Program-made: the position numbers and the translations under genes
The notes under the pieces: model-generated
What the model saw: the letters and a program-made list of their open reading frames with translations, nothing else
Database searches by the model: none
Told to the model about the DNA's origin: nothing
NCBI GenBank assembly: GCA_038896535.1
Contig: JAWACY010000002.1
Span: 64,001 to 128,000, forward strand
Direction of reading: 5' to 3'
Length of the DNA: 64,000 nt
Source of the DNA: Candidatus Anstonellales archaeon
GTDB taxonomy: Archaea > Micrarchaeota > Micrarchaeia > Anstonellales > J096
Shown here: positions 48,040-58,313 of the stretch, piece after piece
Position numbering within the stretch: position 1 is the stretch's first letter
Layout: each line of letters starts with the position of its first letter

Positions 48040-51000
48040 TTACCTAGTAGCCTTCAGTTTTGAGATCCTAAAAATGGCATCAAAATATGCTTTCACTACC
48101 TCTCCTGTTCTTTGAATGTTCAGTGCTATGTCGCCCCCATATTGACTTATTTCTGCGGGCCATGTCTCTGATATTGCCATACTACCATACACAACAATTC
48201 CTTGGAGCAGTTCATTACTTAGATCTTTACCAATAACTGTGGCTCTATACACACCACTACCAAGACGCCATGTCTCATCACTTATATTATTAAAAACAAT
48301 CTCACCATTCTTGATGCTATAATTTATCTCTCTTACTTCATTGTTGAAAGTAAAATCCCCCCTTACACCAGTGCCACCTGGAGTCATGCCTGGCCCACCT
48401 ATATCATGAGTATAAACACCAGTTGCAAGCCAACTTTTATATTTACTGATCTGCCCAATAATAATATCTTCCCTTTCTTTATTTTTTATCTTTACTCCCT
48501 CGCTCGTTTTAACTCTCTCGCCAAAAGCAAGTTGAACATTTGTAACTCTTCTAAGACCAGTTAGATATGTGTTAACTAAATTAAATGTGCCTGTCATTCT
48601 TCTGGCTATTAACTCATCTGCCTTTTCTCCTCCTGCTCCTACATATTGTGTCCCCCCTGTTCCGAAAAATAGCCACTTATTATCTTCTCCTGCAAGAAAG
48701 CCAAGCCACCCACTTGTAGCATCTTTTTGCCCCTTAGCTATATCTATATTTGTTCCTATTAATAACTTACCACTAACAAACTTCGCCTCTAATCTCCCCT
48801 CTAATGCTCCGCCTGTTATTGTTATCCTCTCCTTGCCATTAATTGTTTTGCCGTTTAAATTTTTTAAAACCGCTTCTCCTGTCTTTAAAGGCCCTAAATT
48901 TCTTGTCCACCCACCTAAAACAATAAGCCTCCCTTCTTGGTTTGGGGCAAGAGCAACAATTGCTGATATCTTATTCTTATCATCAAATTCAACATGCACA
49001 AAAGCATGCCTAACCTCCAAATCCTCTATTTTCTCTCTTCCAATACCAGCAATAGCATTAATGGTTTCTGTATCTAAACCTGCGTATGAAAGAAATTGCA
49101 AAACAGTCTTAGGATCTCCTTCTTTTTCTCCATTAACTATCAAAAGGTAATCCCTTAAAAAATACGTAAGAGCTGCTTGTAAACGCCTCCTCCCCTCATT
49201 AAAGTTGTTTATAATACCAAATTGAAAATCAGTACCAAAACTTTGAAGAGTTTCTATTTGTTTTTTTAATAGTGGATCACCTAGATCCTCATTTATTGTT
49301 CTCACAGAATACCCTAATGCTGCTAAAGCAATTGGTGCATTCCTGTATGGATTTGTATATTGAAATTGTGCTCCATATTCTAACTGTACTTTTTTAGGTG
49401 TCCAATGCTTAGTGACTTTATCAACAAAACCTTTTGCTTCCCAATTTGTTGTTCCTGGGGGCGCACTTATCCCACTAATATATACGCCCCGTCTTCCCAT
49501 TACGTCATAAATTTTACCTACGAAGATACTATAATTCCTTTGATCAAGATAGGATAAACCACCTAAGCCACCACCACCAATTGGTAAGTTCTGCCCAATT
49601 AAAAAACCGCCCCATTGATTAACCTGAAGTGCTGGGGCTGCTACAAAACCATCAATACTTGGTTTATTATGCAAGGCTATAACAAGACCATCTAGACTAG
49701 CCAGAGTTGTTCCCTTTGTTTCTCTTCCTCCTTGCACACCAGTTTCAATCACCAATCCCTGCGCCTTTGCCAAATTCCCCTCCTTTGCCTTTTCCCTTAC
49801 CCCTAAGTTATTAAGATAATTTATATACTCCTTTGCTTGTTCTTGTGGTACATAAAAGTATCCTGCTTCTGCATAAGTTCCATTTGGTTGTCTATAAAAA
49901 ATTCTTGCTTTATACTCTCCTTTCTCTATTTCCCCTCCTTTTGTTTTTTCGAAAACAAGGCCAGTTTCAACACCAGTCGGTAATAATAAATTCAACTTGT
50001 CCAAAGTTGTTAATTCTTTTGGCCCTTTATAAGATGCGTTGGCTTCAACAGTCCACAAAGTATTCCCGTCGTTGAGATTCACTCTTTTAAATCTTCCCTC
50101 TGCTATTGTTACTGCCCCCGAATCACTTGAGCCCCCGCCACCACTCAACTCAGCTTCTGTTCTGGTTATGCCTGGAAAGGCCCGTTGAATGTAGCTAAGT
50201 CTTCCGCTGAAATATCTACTCCATTGTCCCTCGCCATTTCTTTCCGCTCTGTAAGTACCGCCAAACGTTCCTTCAATAACTTTAAATGTCAGAGGTCCTT
50301 CAATTGGCAAATACTTGCTCAATATCTTGTTTAATTTACTATAATCAAATGTAAAATAAGGCAAGATTAATTGCAATGCTGGTGTGGTTAAATTAAATTC
50401 CAACATTTCTCCGTTTTCTATTGTTTTTCTGAGTTCTTCAAATGTTTTTGGTAGTGCAGTTGGTATTTCGCCAGGAAGAAGATAACCATGAAGAGAATTA
50501 TACACGGTTCTTGGAAGGTTGATATTGATCTTTAAATCTGGTATATTTACAGTAAAACCTTGTTGTTCTGTTTGTGTTATTTTTATTTTAAAAGTTTCTA
50601 AGCCAGTAGTCTGGTCTCTTTCAACTTTAAGATTTTCCATTTTTATATCTTGAATGGTTGGAAATATTTTATTTAATTCAGTTCCGACTTCACGCAGAAA
50701 ATTTATTGCGCCTGCTGTATAATTACTTTCATATAATGCCTGCGCACTACCTAAAATCAAAGACAACCCATGGCTAAGTATCTCAGTGTTGCCTTGTTTG
50801 CTTACAAAGGGCGTTAGATAAACTGCAGCAGCAAAATGCAGCTCAGGGCGTATCATAGAAAGATTCTCAATAAAAATCCTTAATTTTTCTCCTTCTACTG
50901 TCTTAAGAAATTCTCTAATTTTACTCATCGTTATACGTTCAGGGTCTCCGCCAAGCAAGGAAGCGGCATGCTTGGCTATATAAATTTGTGCGTAGTAATT

Positions 51001-51834
51001 AAGTAGCGCGAACTGTTTCTGTGTTGTCGTATTAGATCCTAAGGCCTCAAAGAATTTATTTCTAATTTCTAAATCTTTTGCCAAATTTTCATCACCATAG
51101 GGCAATATGAATTTTCTCAGTTCTGCCATTTGTTTCTCATTTTCAATTTCAATTTTGCCGTCATAATAAGCAAAAATGTCAGCTATAGCAGTTTGTCTTC
51201 TTCCATAAAATGTTGATAGAATTCTATGGAACAGCGTTCTTGTATCAAGATTGAGATTACTCAAAAGATCTTCGAAATCCTTGAGATCTCCATCTTTCCT
51301 TTTAATCTTTTCTTCTAGAACTTTCTCTAATTTTTCTCCTAATAGCCTTTTGTATTTAGTTTCAAGTTTTTTTAGGTTACCCCAAACTTCTTCTAATCTC
51401 TTTATAAAATCATCAATCTTTCCTCTTACAGTTTTTGCGTCTGCATCGGGGGGAATATTTAGAAAACAATCCGCATAAGCATCCTCTATTATTTTAGCCT
51501 GGGAGGTTAATTCATTTAATAATTTCTTATATTCTTGTATGAGCTCCCTTTCCTTCTCTGAAAAAAAGTCTAGATTAAGTTTACTTAAATATTGAACAAA
51601 CTCATTTAATGTTCTGTAGTTCAAGGCGTATTGGGTATATTTAGGCACTTCTTCCTCTATTTTCTGTGGAGCCTTCATATTAAATAGAAGCGTTAAACCC
51701 ATTACTACGCTCTCTCTTTGCTTCTGCGCCTCATTTGCTGTTTCTATTGCTCTTCTTTTTCCTTCTGTTAGTTCTTCTGTTAGTTGTGGTGTTTCTTTTT
51801 TTCCGACCGGACTTTTTTCTTGTGTGGCTGGCAT
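48040..51834 (-). CDS. 1264-aa orphan protein; helical N-half, Gly-rich beta-strand C-half
   Basis: Long ORF with TTTAAA box about 25 nt upstream. No signal peptide. Confidence 0.88.
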   Translation of the reverse strand: MPATQEKSPVGKKETPQLTEELTEGKRRAIETANEAQKQRESVVMGLTLLFNMKAPQKIEEEVPKYTQYALNYRTLNEFVQYLSKLNLDFFSEKERELIQEYKKLLNELTSQAKIIEDAYADCFLNIPPDADAKTVRGKIDDFIKRLEEVWGNLKKLETKYKRLLGEKLEKVLEEKIKRKDGDLKDFEDLLSNLNLDTRTLFHRILSTFYGRRQTAIADIFAYYDGKIEIENEKQMAELRKFILPYGDENLAKDLEIRNKFFEALGSNTTTQKQFALLNYYAQIYIAKHAASLLGGDPERITMSKIREFLKTVEGEKLRIFIENLSMIRPELHFAAAVYLTPFVSKQGNTEILSHGLSLILGSAQALYESNYTAGAINFLREVGTELNKIFPTIQDIKMENLKVERDQTTGLETFKIKITQTEQQGFTVNIPDLKININLPRTVYNSLHGYLLPGEIPTALPKTFEELRKTIENGEMLEFNLTTPALQLILPYFTFDYSKLNKILSKYLPIEGPLTFKVIEGTFGGTYRAERNGEGQWSRYFSGRLSYIQRAFPGITRTEAELSGGGGSSDSGAVTIAEGRFKRVNLNDGNTLWTVEANASYKGPKELTTLDKLNLLLPTGVETGLVFEKTKGGEIEKGEYKARIFYRQPNGTYAEAGYFYVPQEQAKEYINYLNNLGVREKAKEGNLAKAQGLVIETGVQGGRETKGTTLASLDGLVIALHNKPSIDGFVAAPALQVNQWGGFLIGQNLPIGGGGLGGLSYLDQRNYSIFVGKIYDVMGRRGVYISGISAPPGTTNWEAKGFVDKVTKHWTPKKVQLEYGAQFQYTNPYRNAPIALAALGYSVRTINEDLGDPLLKKQIETLQSFGTDFQFGIINNFNEGRRRLQAALTYFLRDYLLIVNGEKEGDPKTVLQFLSYAGLDTETINAIAGIGREKIEDLEVRHAFVHVEFDDKNKISAIVALAPNQEGRLIVLGGWTRNLGPLKTGEAVLKNLNGKTINGKERITITGGALEGRLEAKFVSGKLLIGTNIDIAKGQKDATSGWLGFLAGEDNKWLFFGTGGTQYVGAGGEKADELIARRMTGTFNLVNTYLTGLRRVTNVQLAFGERVKTSEGVKIKNKEREDIIIGQISKYKSWLATGVYTHDIGGPGMTPGGTGVRGDFTFNNEVREINYSIKNGEIVFNNISDETWRLGSGVYRATVIGKDLSNELLQGIVVYGSMAISETWPAEISQYGGDIALNIQRTGEVVKAYFDAIFRISKLKATR

Positions 51835-51864
51835 AGAAAAATTTGAATAAATGAGTTTAAAAAT

Positions 51865-53712
51865 CTATATGAAATACTTGCAAGGAGAATTTAAAAGCGT
51901 TAGATTAATATCGCACTTATAGTCTAATTCTTTCGTTGCTCCGCCTATATTTCTTTGCACATTTTCTATTGTTAAATTAATTGTATAACTCTTTTTTTCG
52001 TCTTCACGCATATTATTAAAACCGTCCCTTGATGCTGTGGCATTAAATAGCATATAAGCTTGTTTTGGTTGAGATGTAGTCGTGTCGTTAACAATACTTA
52101 TTAATGCTGATAATTCAGCCAATAAATCACTGCCATCTTTAACCCCATACTTAGGAGCATTATCACAGCTCAAATATCTGTTTTGAGATATGTCAAAACC
52201 GCAAAATATATAACTGTATTTAAGAGTGCCGGGCAGCAATATAACTTTAACCGGCTGAGGAGAGCAAGCCAAAGATCCCATGCAATAAAACACCCTACTC
52301 TTATTGTTATCATCCTCATTGCTTTCAGCTATACTATTTTCAGGATCAGCACTCGTATTTACCTCTATTATTTTAAATTCATCTTCGCATATTAAATTGA
52401 ATTTTACTATATTATTATCTGGTGATAGCTCATATTTATCCTCTATTATTGTGCTTTGTGTTTGTGTTGTTTCTTTAATTTTCAATGATAAATTTGCTTT
52501 TCCTTGTGGCGGGAAATTTTCAAAAATAATCGATGCATTACACTCATAACTTCTGCCTTGGCCTATTTCATTGCCATTAAATGGGCATGATATGTCTGAT
52601 TTTAAGTTTGGTGTCAATATATTTACTGTTATTTGTGTAGTTATTGTATAACCACTACACCCAGATTCTAATGATTGAATTGTAACATTAAATGTCAGGC
52701 TTGCTGGCATTGGTTGATTGCCATTATAATTTAAATCCCCTGTTACATCAGCACTACTGCCACTAGCTATTTCCACCTGATTATCAAGAGAAAAAGCGAA
52801 ATTATTATCATTAGGCACTACAGATATAACTTTTATCTTCTCTTCTCCATTATTTGTGACTTTTATTGTAACTTTTGTAGGGTTTCCAGTATATACAATT
52901 CCATTACTTGATAACTGAACATTTATTAATTTACAATATGGCACATTAACCGGCAAGCTTATTGAGTAAGCATCTGTAGGTTGCCTGAAATATCTTATTC
53001 CTTCCCTAAAAGAAAAATAAGTATCATTCATATCAACAAGTAAGACACAAAAATAATTGGCATTTGCATTTATTGAATTTGGATTATTACTTATTGTGAA
53101 AGTTTTGGCAAAACTATTGCCTGATTCGCCACTTATAGATTGATAATAATTGTTAACAGATATATCCCCATGACAATACATTACTGCTGAACCATTTGAG
53201 ACTTTCCAGTTATTATCATTATTATAATATTTAACATTTACTTGCCTCCCGTTTGAAATTGAGAAAGCACATGAACCAGTTTTATTAAAATAATAATAAC
53301 CAACGCCATTACCAAAATCTGTTTTACAATTGTTTGATGCGTCGAATGGAAGCGAGCCTTGTTGGATAAAATTTACTGTTAAATTTTGCAATCCGGGCCC
53401 AGTTCCGCCAGTCGAGCCAAATGAAGAGCTTGTTGATGATATTACATCACCAGTAGGCCAAAACTTTAAAGTTAGGTTTGCTAAAACGTTAAATGGTTTA
53501 TTTGGTATTACTTTTTGAACTCTTACACCATTTTGATAAAAATCAACTGAAAAGTTAAATAACCATGAAATTGGAGCAATTAAATCAAAATTAGTTTGTT
53601 GCCCTGAACGAGGAGCATTTCCTGCCTTATATAAGTCACTTCCAGATTGTGATGTTTGTGCACTAAAAACAATTGTTAAAATTAAAAATAAAAAAAATAT
53701 TTTTTTTATCAT
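51865..53712 (-). CDS. Secreted Ig-like/CARDB-domain surface protein
   Basis: Signal peptide MIKKIFFLFLILTIVFSA, Asn-rich with many N-x-S/T sequons and paired Cys, CARDB-like ADPENSIAESNEDDN. Confidence 0.8.
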   Translation of the reverse strand: MIKKIFFLFLILTIVFSAQTSQSGSDLYKAGNAPRSGQQTNFDLIAPISWLFNFSVDFYQNGVRVQKVIPNKPFNVLANLTLKFWPTGDVISSTSSSFGSTGGTGPGLQNLTVNFIQQGSLPFDASNNCKTDFGNGVGYYYFNKTGSCAFSISNGRQVNVKYYNNDNNWKVSNGSAVMYCHGDISVNNYYQSISGESGNSFAKTFTISNNPNSINANANYFCVLLVDMNDTYFSFREGIRYFRQPTDAYSISLPVNVPYCKLINVQLSSNGIVYTGNPTKVTIKVTNNGEEKIKVISVVPNDNNFAFSLDNQVEIASGSSADVTGDLNYNGNQPMPASLTFNVTIQSLESGCSGYTITTQITVNILTPNLKSDISCPFNGNEIGQGRSYECNASIIFENFPPQGKANLSLKIKETTQTQSTIIEDKYELSPDNNIVKFNLICEDEFKIIEVNTSADPENSIAESNEDDNNKSRVFYCMGSLACSPQPVKVILLPGTLKYSYIFCGFDISQNRYLSCDNAPKYGVKDGSDLLAELSALISIVNDTTTSQPKQAYMLFNATASRDGFNNMREDEKKSYTINLTIENVQRNIGGATKELDYKCDINLTLLNSPCKYFI

Positions 53713-53724
53713 TTTTTCACTTTA

Positions 53725-56700
53725 TTATGTAGATTCAGCATTCTTAAATAATTCTTCTGCCATTTCTTCTGGATCTCTTGTTATTGTTCTCCCCCATGCA
53801 TCTACATCTTCTGTTCTTAAACCTATCTGTTCTAAAAGCCAATTAACTGCCCTCTCTGCTCCAGACACAATAACTGTAAGTATTGGGACAAAGTAAGGGC
53901 CTACTTGAATAACAGAAATGCTAGGGTTAACAGACCAGTTCTCTCGCTCATAACTAACTGTATAAGTATTTATTAATCCCACTGATGGAATTGGGCTCCT
54001 TGCCCAAGATAAACCAAATTTTCCACCGCCAATTGCATAACTAGCTCCTGCTCCCCACATTAAACCGGCGCTGCTAAAACCAACAAATGGAGAAACAGTT
54101 AAATCTCCTAATCTAACATATGGGGACAGAGCAGCCATTCCATAAATAGCGAGGGCATTAGTTGCACTAGCACTAAGAAGCCAGGCAAGTCCAACATTCT
54201 CATTCCCAAATATTGGGAATGCAGTACTTATTCCAACTCCGGGATTTACAAATTTTCCATTAACAAACATAATTTGTGGCTGAATAGTAAATGGCCCCTC
54301 ACGAAACTCTAAGCCAACAATTGCTGTCCTTCTCAATCTATCAGCAAATAATTTTTGCTTTTCTTTTAATGTTAATTCTCTTGGCCTCTGCTCTCTTACC
54401 TCTTTTATTATTGGTTTAATCTTCTCTTGGTCTTTTTTATCAAATTCAAGCCCGCCTAATTTCTGGCCATTACTGTCTTTTACTTCAATAAATATTTTAT
54501 CATTTGTTTCTGTTACTGTATAATTATAATTCCTAAGATTGTGAGCCACATTTTTAAGTCCTTCTTTTGTATTTTCTCCTATATTAGGTATCTGATCGAT
54601 CTGATCATCGGTTGGCACATTAACGACCCAATTACCATTTTGCTTCGTGAGAGTTAAATTTTGCTGTAATTTCTTTATTGCTTCTTCAGCAAGGTTGCCG
54701 CCTACATCAGAAGGTAATATTGAACGAAATTCCGTCAAAGATATTTCATAACCAACAACTTCTGTTCTTATTATTGATTCCGTTGCTGTTGTTGGTAGGC
54801 TAACTACTGGCACAACTGGAAGGAGTGTTAAGTCTGGCTTTCTTGGCTGAATAAAAATTGGTGTTCCTACATTATCTATCATACCATAAAATTCTACTTT
54901 TGGCAGTTGCGGAGCTCTACTAACACTTTCTGAAGGAACAGGCATAGTTATAGAAAATTCTCCTCCCCACCTTGAAACGCTGCCATAACCAAGCTCAACA
55001 TCGCCATTCAATACAAAATAGTTGCGCCATATAAGTGCATCTTTTTTGTTATCCTCTTCTTTTTCATTCTTTTGTGATAGCATTAAAATTGCCATACTGG
55101 CACTTGATGCCATTATTATATTTTCTCTATCATTTTCTGGTGTCAGGACAAGCCTATCATTTTTCGTTACTAATATATCATCTTTTGCGGCTGCGTTAAC
55201 TGTTACATTCCCTCTATTATCAACATTAACTCTATAAACTGTTATTCTTTCACCATTTGGCTTTAAGATATCTATGTTATAAGTTCCGGGCTTTAAATTT
55301 TTTGCTTTAATTGTCTCTTGAATATTTTCAATCTTTTGTTGACTGCCAAACACATTTCTGTTTATATTGATGCCTTCTGTTGCTTTTTGCCATCCAGCTA
55401 TCCAATTTTGAGCATTAAATGCATTTCCAACCAGATCTTCAAATGGATATTCAACTGCCTGTATTGCAAACAAAACTGCTGCAGCATCTTCAACCGATAT
55501 TTTATTACTAAGGCCAAGTTCTTGTATCAATTTTCTTGCACTATCTCTTAAGTTATTCTTTTCTGTATCAGACATGGAATCAAAAATCCTTTGTGTATTA
55601 TTCAGAAAGTAATCAAAAACCGCGTTATATCTCCTCCTATATACTTCATTAGCTTCTTCGCTTACATAACCAAAATACCTTCTTATAACAAATTCTTTTA
55701 GGCCATTCAAATCATTTACTCTGCTGCCTTTAGCATATTTAACAATCCAAGCAACAGATGGATAATAGCCAAGAAATTCTTGGCTGTATTCATAACTTGC
55801 TGTTATACTATAACCTTTACCTTTCTTCTTTTCTCCTGCTGGTTTATAATATACTCTTGTCTCTGTTGCCCCTTGTGGTGGTTGTGGCTGCAGTGGTGAT
55901 TCAGGTGGTTTTTGTTCAACTTCAACATACTTAACCGGTAGCTTTGGTTGTATGCTTTCTACAAGTTTTAGAATACGCAAACCCTGCTTTTGCTCTTCTG
56001 ATCCTTTAGCAAAATATTCGTTTTTATTAAGCTCTTCATTAAAAGCAGAAATCTCATTATCGGTTTTTAAATGCTCCTTTATAATATTAAGCACATCGAC
56101 CTTTTCATTATCAGGCAACTGCTTATTCATAATTTGTATTAATGCTATTCTCCTGATTAAAGGCTCTAAAAACAAGGGCATAAAATCTTCTTCTATCCCT
56201 ACTCTTTTTGCCAGTGAAACAAGCTCACTCCTTATATCATTATCCTCTTTCTTTAACTGTTCTATCTGTGCAATAACATCTTTTAGATTAACATTATTCT
56301 TCAACATAAATACAACATCATTTATATCATAACCATAATCCCATAATAAACTTTTTACATCTTCCTCATTATTTTCATTGATAGTAATATTTTTTTGTTT
56401 TAATTTTTCTTTTATTTGCTGCCACACAACATCTGACCATTTTTCTTTTATTTTGTCTTCCAGATATTCGTTAAAATCTCTATACTTCATGCTTCTTAAG
56501 TTAATACTTTTTTCATACCAGTCTTCATCCAAAAGTTCAGCAACAAATGATAAATATTCATCCGCTGTCATTGAATTCATTATTTGAGTCAAAAAATTTT
56601 GCCTTCTCATAGAAACAATTGAAAATGCTTCTCTATCCCCTGCACTTCTATATGATAATCTTTCTTGAATAAGAATTAAAGCAAATTGGTTTGCAACTGT

Positions 56701-57681
56701 CATTGTAGAAGCTTTTGCATTCATATCAGCAAATGTTTTTGCCAGCTTTCTGTATTGCTTTTCAAACTCTTCTTTTTCTTGATCTCCTGAATTTTTACTT
56801 ATACTGTCTTTATAGAATTTTTGTAGTTTATCATAAAATTCTGAGACAATAAGATAAATAGATGCCAGCTTTCCTGCTTCTGCATCAAAAAGATGAAGAT
56901 ACTTACTTGGCAATTTTCCTCCTTCTACCAATCTTTCTACTACTCCCCTTAAGTCATTCATGCCTTTACTCAACTCATCGTAAAAATCATTCATCGATTT
57001 TGTTAGGTCTACTTTTTGTTCTCTTTCTCCTATTTGTTCATTAGAAATTAAAATGGAATAACCCTTAGCTAGAGTCAAATTCAAATATGCAACAGAATCA
57101 TAAAGCTCTTTGCCGGTTTTGAGCTTTTTTTCATCAAATAATGCTTTCATAATAAGTCCTATTGTTGCTTCCATATATACATTTTTTTCTTTTGCTGGCA
57201 ATTCTAAACTTTGGCCAATTGAATCAAAACCATCATAAGCAATGCCAATAACTTGCAATAGACTAAGCCTTATTCTTCCAGCTTCTGTTCCAACATCTTT
57301 TAACTCTGCAAGAGATTTTATCACATCTGCAATCTCTTCATCCCCTAATCCTTTCCTTTTTGCAGCTAATTCAACAAGCATTGCTGCTTCTATTGTTGAC
57401 GCATATCTTGCCTTTTCTTTAGGGTCTTTTTCATTCAATATACTCTCTATAAGTCCCCTATCAGTCCTTACAAGATAGGCAATTCTACCAAAAAAAGTTC
57501 TAGGCCATATTTTTGCATAACCTTGCTTTACTAATCTATCTATTAACTCACCTTCATTTTTTATTTGAAATTTGTTTACATATGCACTTAATACTTCTTC
57601 GCTTACCCCATATTTTTGTGCTAATTGCTTAACATCAATTTGTTTTTCAGTTGCTGTTTGATCAGGCATTTTTACACCCAT
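53725..57681 (-). CDS. 1318-aa orphan protein; helical N-part, C-terminal beta-barrel-like block
   Basis: Long ORF with no signal peptide. C-terminal ~155 aa of alternating hydrophobic beta strands. Confidence 0.88.
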   Translation of the reverse strand: MGVKMPDQTATEKQIDVKQLAQKYGVSEEVLSAYVNKFQIKNEGELIDRLVKQGYAKIWPRTFFGRIAYLVRTDRGLIESILNEKDPKEKARYASTIEAAMLVELAAKRKGLGDEEIADVIKSLAELKDVGTEAGRIRLSLLQVIGIAYDGFDSIGQSLELPAKEKNVYMEATIGLIMKALFDEKKLKTGKELYDSVAYLNLTLAKGYSILISNEQIGEREQKVDLTKSMNDFYDELSKGMNDLRGVVERLVEGGKLPSKYLHLFDAEAGKLASIYLIVSEFYDKLQKFYKDSISKNSGDQEKEEFEKQYRKLAKTFADMNAKASTMTVANQFALILIQERLSYRSAGDREAFSIVSMRRQNFLTQIMNSMTADEYLSFVAELLDEDWYEKSINLRSMKYRDFNEYLEDKIKEKWSDVVWQQIKEKLKQKNITINENNEEDVKSLLWDYGYDINDVVFMLKNNVNLKDVIAQIEQLKKEDNDIRSELVSLAKRVGIEEDFMPLFLEPLIRRIALIQIMNKQLPDNEKVDVLNIIKEHLKTDNEISAFNEELNKNEYFAKGSEEQKQGLRILKLVESIQPKLPVKYVEVEQKPPESPLQPQPPQGATETRVYYKPAGEKKKGKGYSITASYEYSQEFLGYYPSVAWIVKYAKGSRVNDLNGLKEFVIRRYFGYVSEEANEVYRRRYNAVFDYFLNNTQRIFDSMSDTEKNNLRDSARKLIQELGLSNKISVEDAAAVLFAIQAVEYPFEDLVGNAFNAQNWIAGWQKATEGININRNVFGSQQKIENIQETIKAKNLKPGTYNIDILKPNGERITVYRVNVDNRGNVTVNAAAKDDILVTKNDRLVLTPENDRENIIMASSASMAILMLSQKNEKEEDNKKDALIWRNYFVLNGDVELGYGSVSRWGGEFSITMPVPSESVSRAPQLPKVEFYGMIDNVGTPIFIQPRKPDLTLLPVVPVVSLPTTATESIIRTEVVGYEISLTEFRSILPSDVGGNLAEEAIKKLQQNLTLTKQNGNWVVNVPTDDQIDQIPNIGENTKEGLKNVAHNLRNYNYTVTETNDKIFIEVKDSNGQKLGGLEFDKKDQEKIKPIIKEVREQRPRELTLKEKQKLFADRLRRTAIVGLEFREGPFTIQPQIMFVNGKFVNPGVGISTAFPIFGNENVGLAWLLSASATNALAIYGMAALSPYVRLGDLTVSPFVGFSSAGLMWGAGASYAIGGGKFGLSWARSPIPSVGLINTYTVSYERENWSVNPSISVIQVGPYFVPILTVIVSGAERAVNWLLEQIGLRTEDVDAWGRTITRDPEEMAEELFKNAEST

Positions 57682-57731
57682 TAAATTTTTATTTAGTTAT
57701 ATTTAAAAATGTTGCTAAAATAAAAAAAGGT

Positions 57732-58310
57732 ATGAAAGCAATTTACATACATTTGTTTTGTATTGGCCTTATGTTATTAATTTTATTTGCTTCATTTATA
57801 ATAGCAAAACAGGAAATGCAAAGAAATACACTGCTTATAAGTGCTTTTGGATTCCTTGCCCTTTTATGGCTTATTTTTACAACATCATTGACAATTGCAA
57901 TTAAATTCCTGCCAAATAATGAGATATTGAAATTCTTAATAAAAGAAAGAAGGATTGTTGGGCTTTATGGCTTCTTTTTTGCTTTGATACATATCACTTT
58001 AGTACTAAACTTTTTTTTCAGATGGGACATTGAAAAGGCAATTTTTGGTAATACTTACAGATTTATTGGCGGGATCGCACTGCTTCTTTTATCATTATTA
58101 GCAATAACAAGCAATAATTTCTCTATGGCATTATTAAAGAAAAACTGGAAAACATTGCATTATTTAATATATATAATAATAATTCTAGCGCTAATTCATG
58201 CAGCAAACATAGGCTTAATTTTCATGAAAAATGATTACATAAAATATGGCATAATACTTTTATCAGCAGCAGTTTTATTATATAAATTTAAAAATCTTTT
58301 CTTAAAATAG
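57732..58310 (+). CDS. Ferric reductase-like transmembrane (MsrQ/YedZ-like) heme protein
   Basis: RRIVGLYGFFFALIH, LAITSN, WKTLHYLIY, LIH. Confidence 0.88.
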   Translation: MKAIYIHLFCIGLMLLILFASFIIAKQEMQRNTLLISAFGFLALLWLIFTTSLTIAIKFLPNNEILKFLIKERRIVGLYGFFFALIHITLVLNFFFRWDIEKAIFGNTYRFIGGIALLLLSLLAITSNNFSMALLKKNWKTLHYLIYIIIILALIHAANIGLIFMKNDYIKYGIILLSAAVLLYKFKNLFLK

Positions 58311-58313
58311 AGT

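Noticed and set aside
48569..49150. 193-aa plus-strand ORF and similar antisense ORFs (e.g. 34123..34674, 36438..36875, 27853..28317)
   Set aside because: They lie wholly or mostly antisense to well-supported genes and have the Ser/Phe/Ile-rich shadow composition.
42313..57681. Provirus or integrated mobile element
   Set aside because: No recognisable integrase, transposase, capsid, terminase or packaging ATPase, and no flanking direct repeats. A very divergent remnant cannot be fully excluded.
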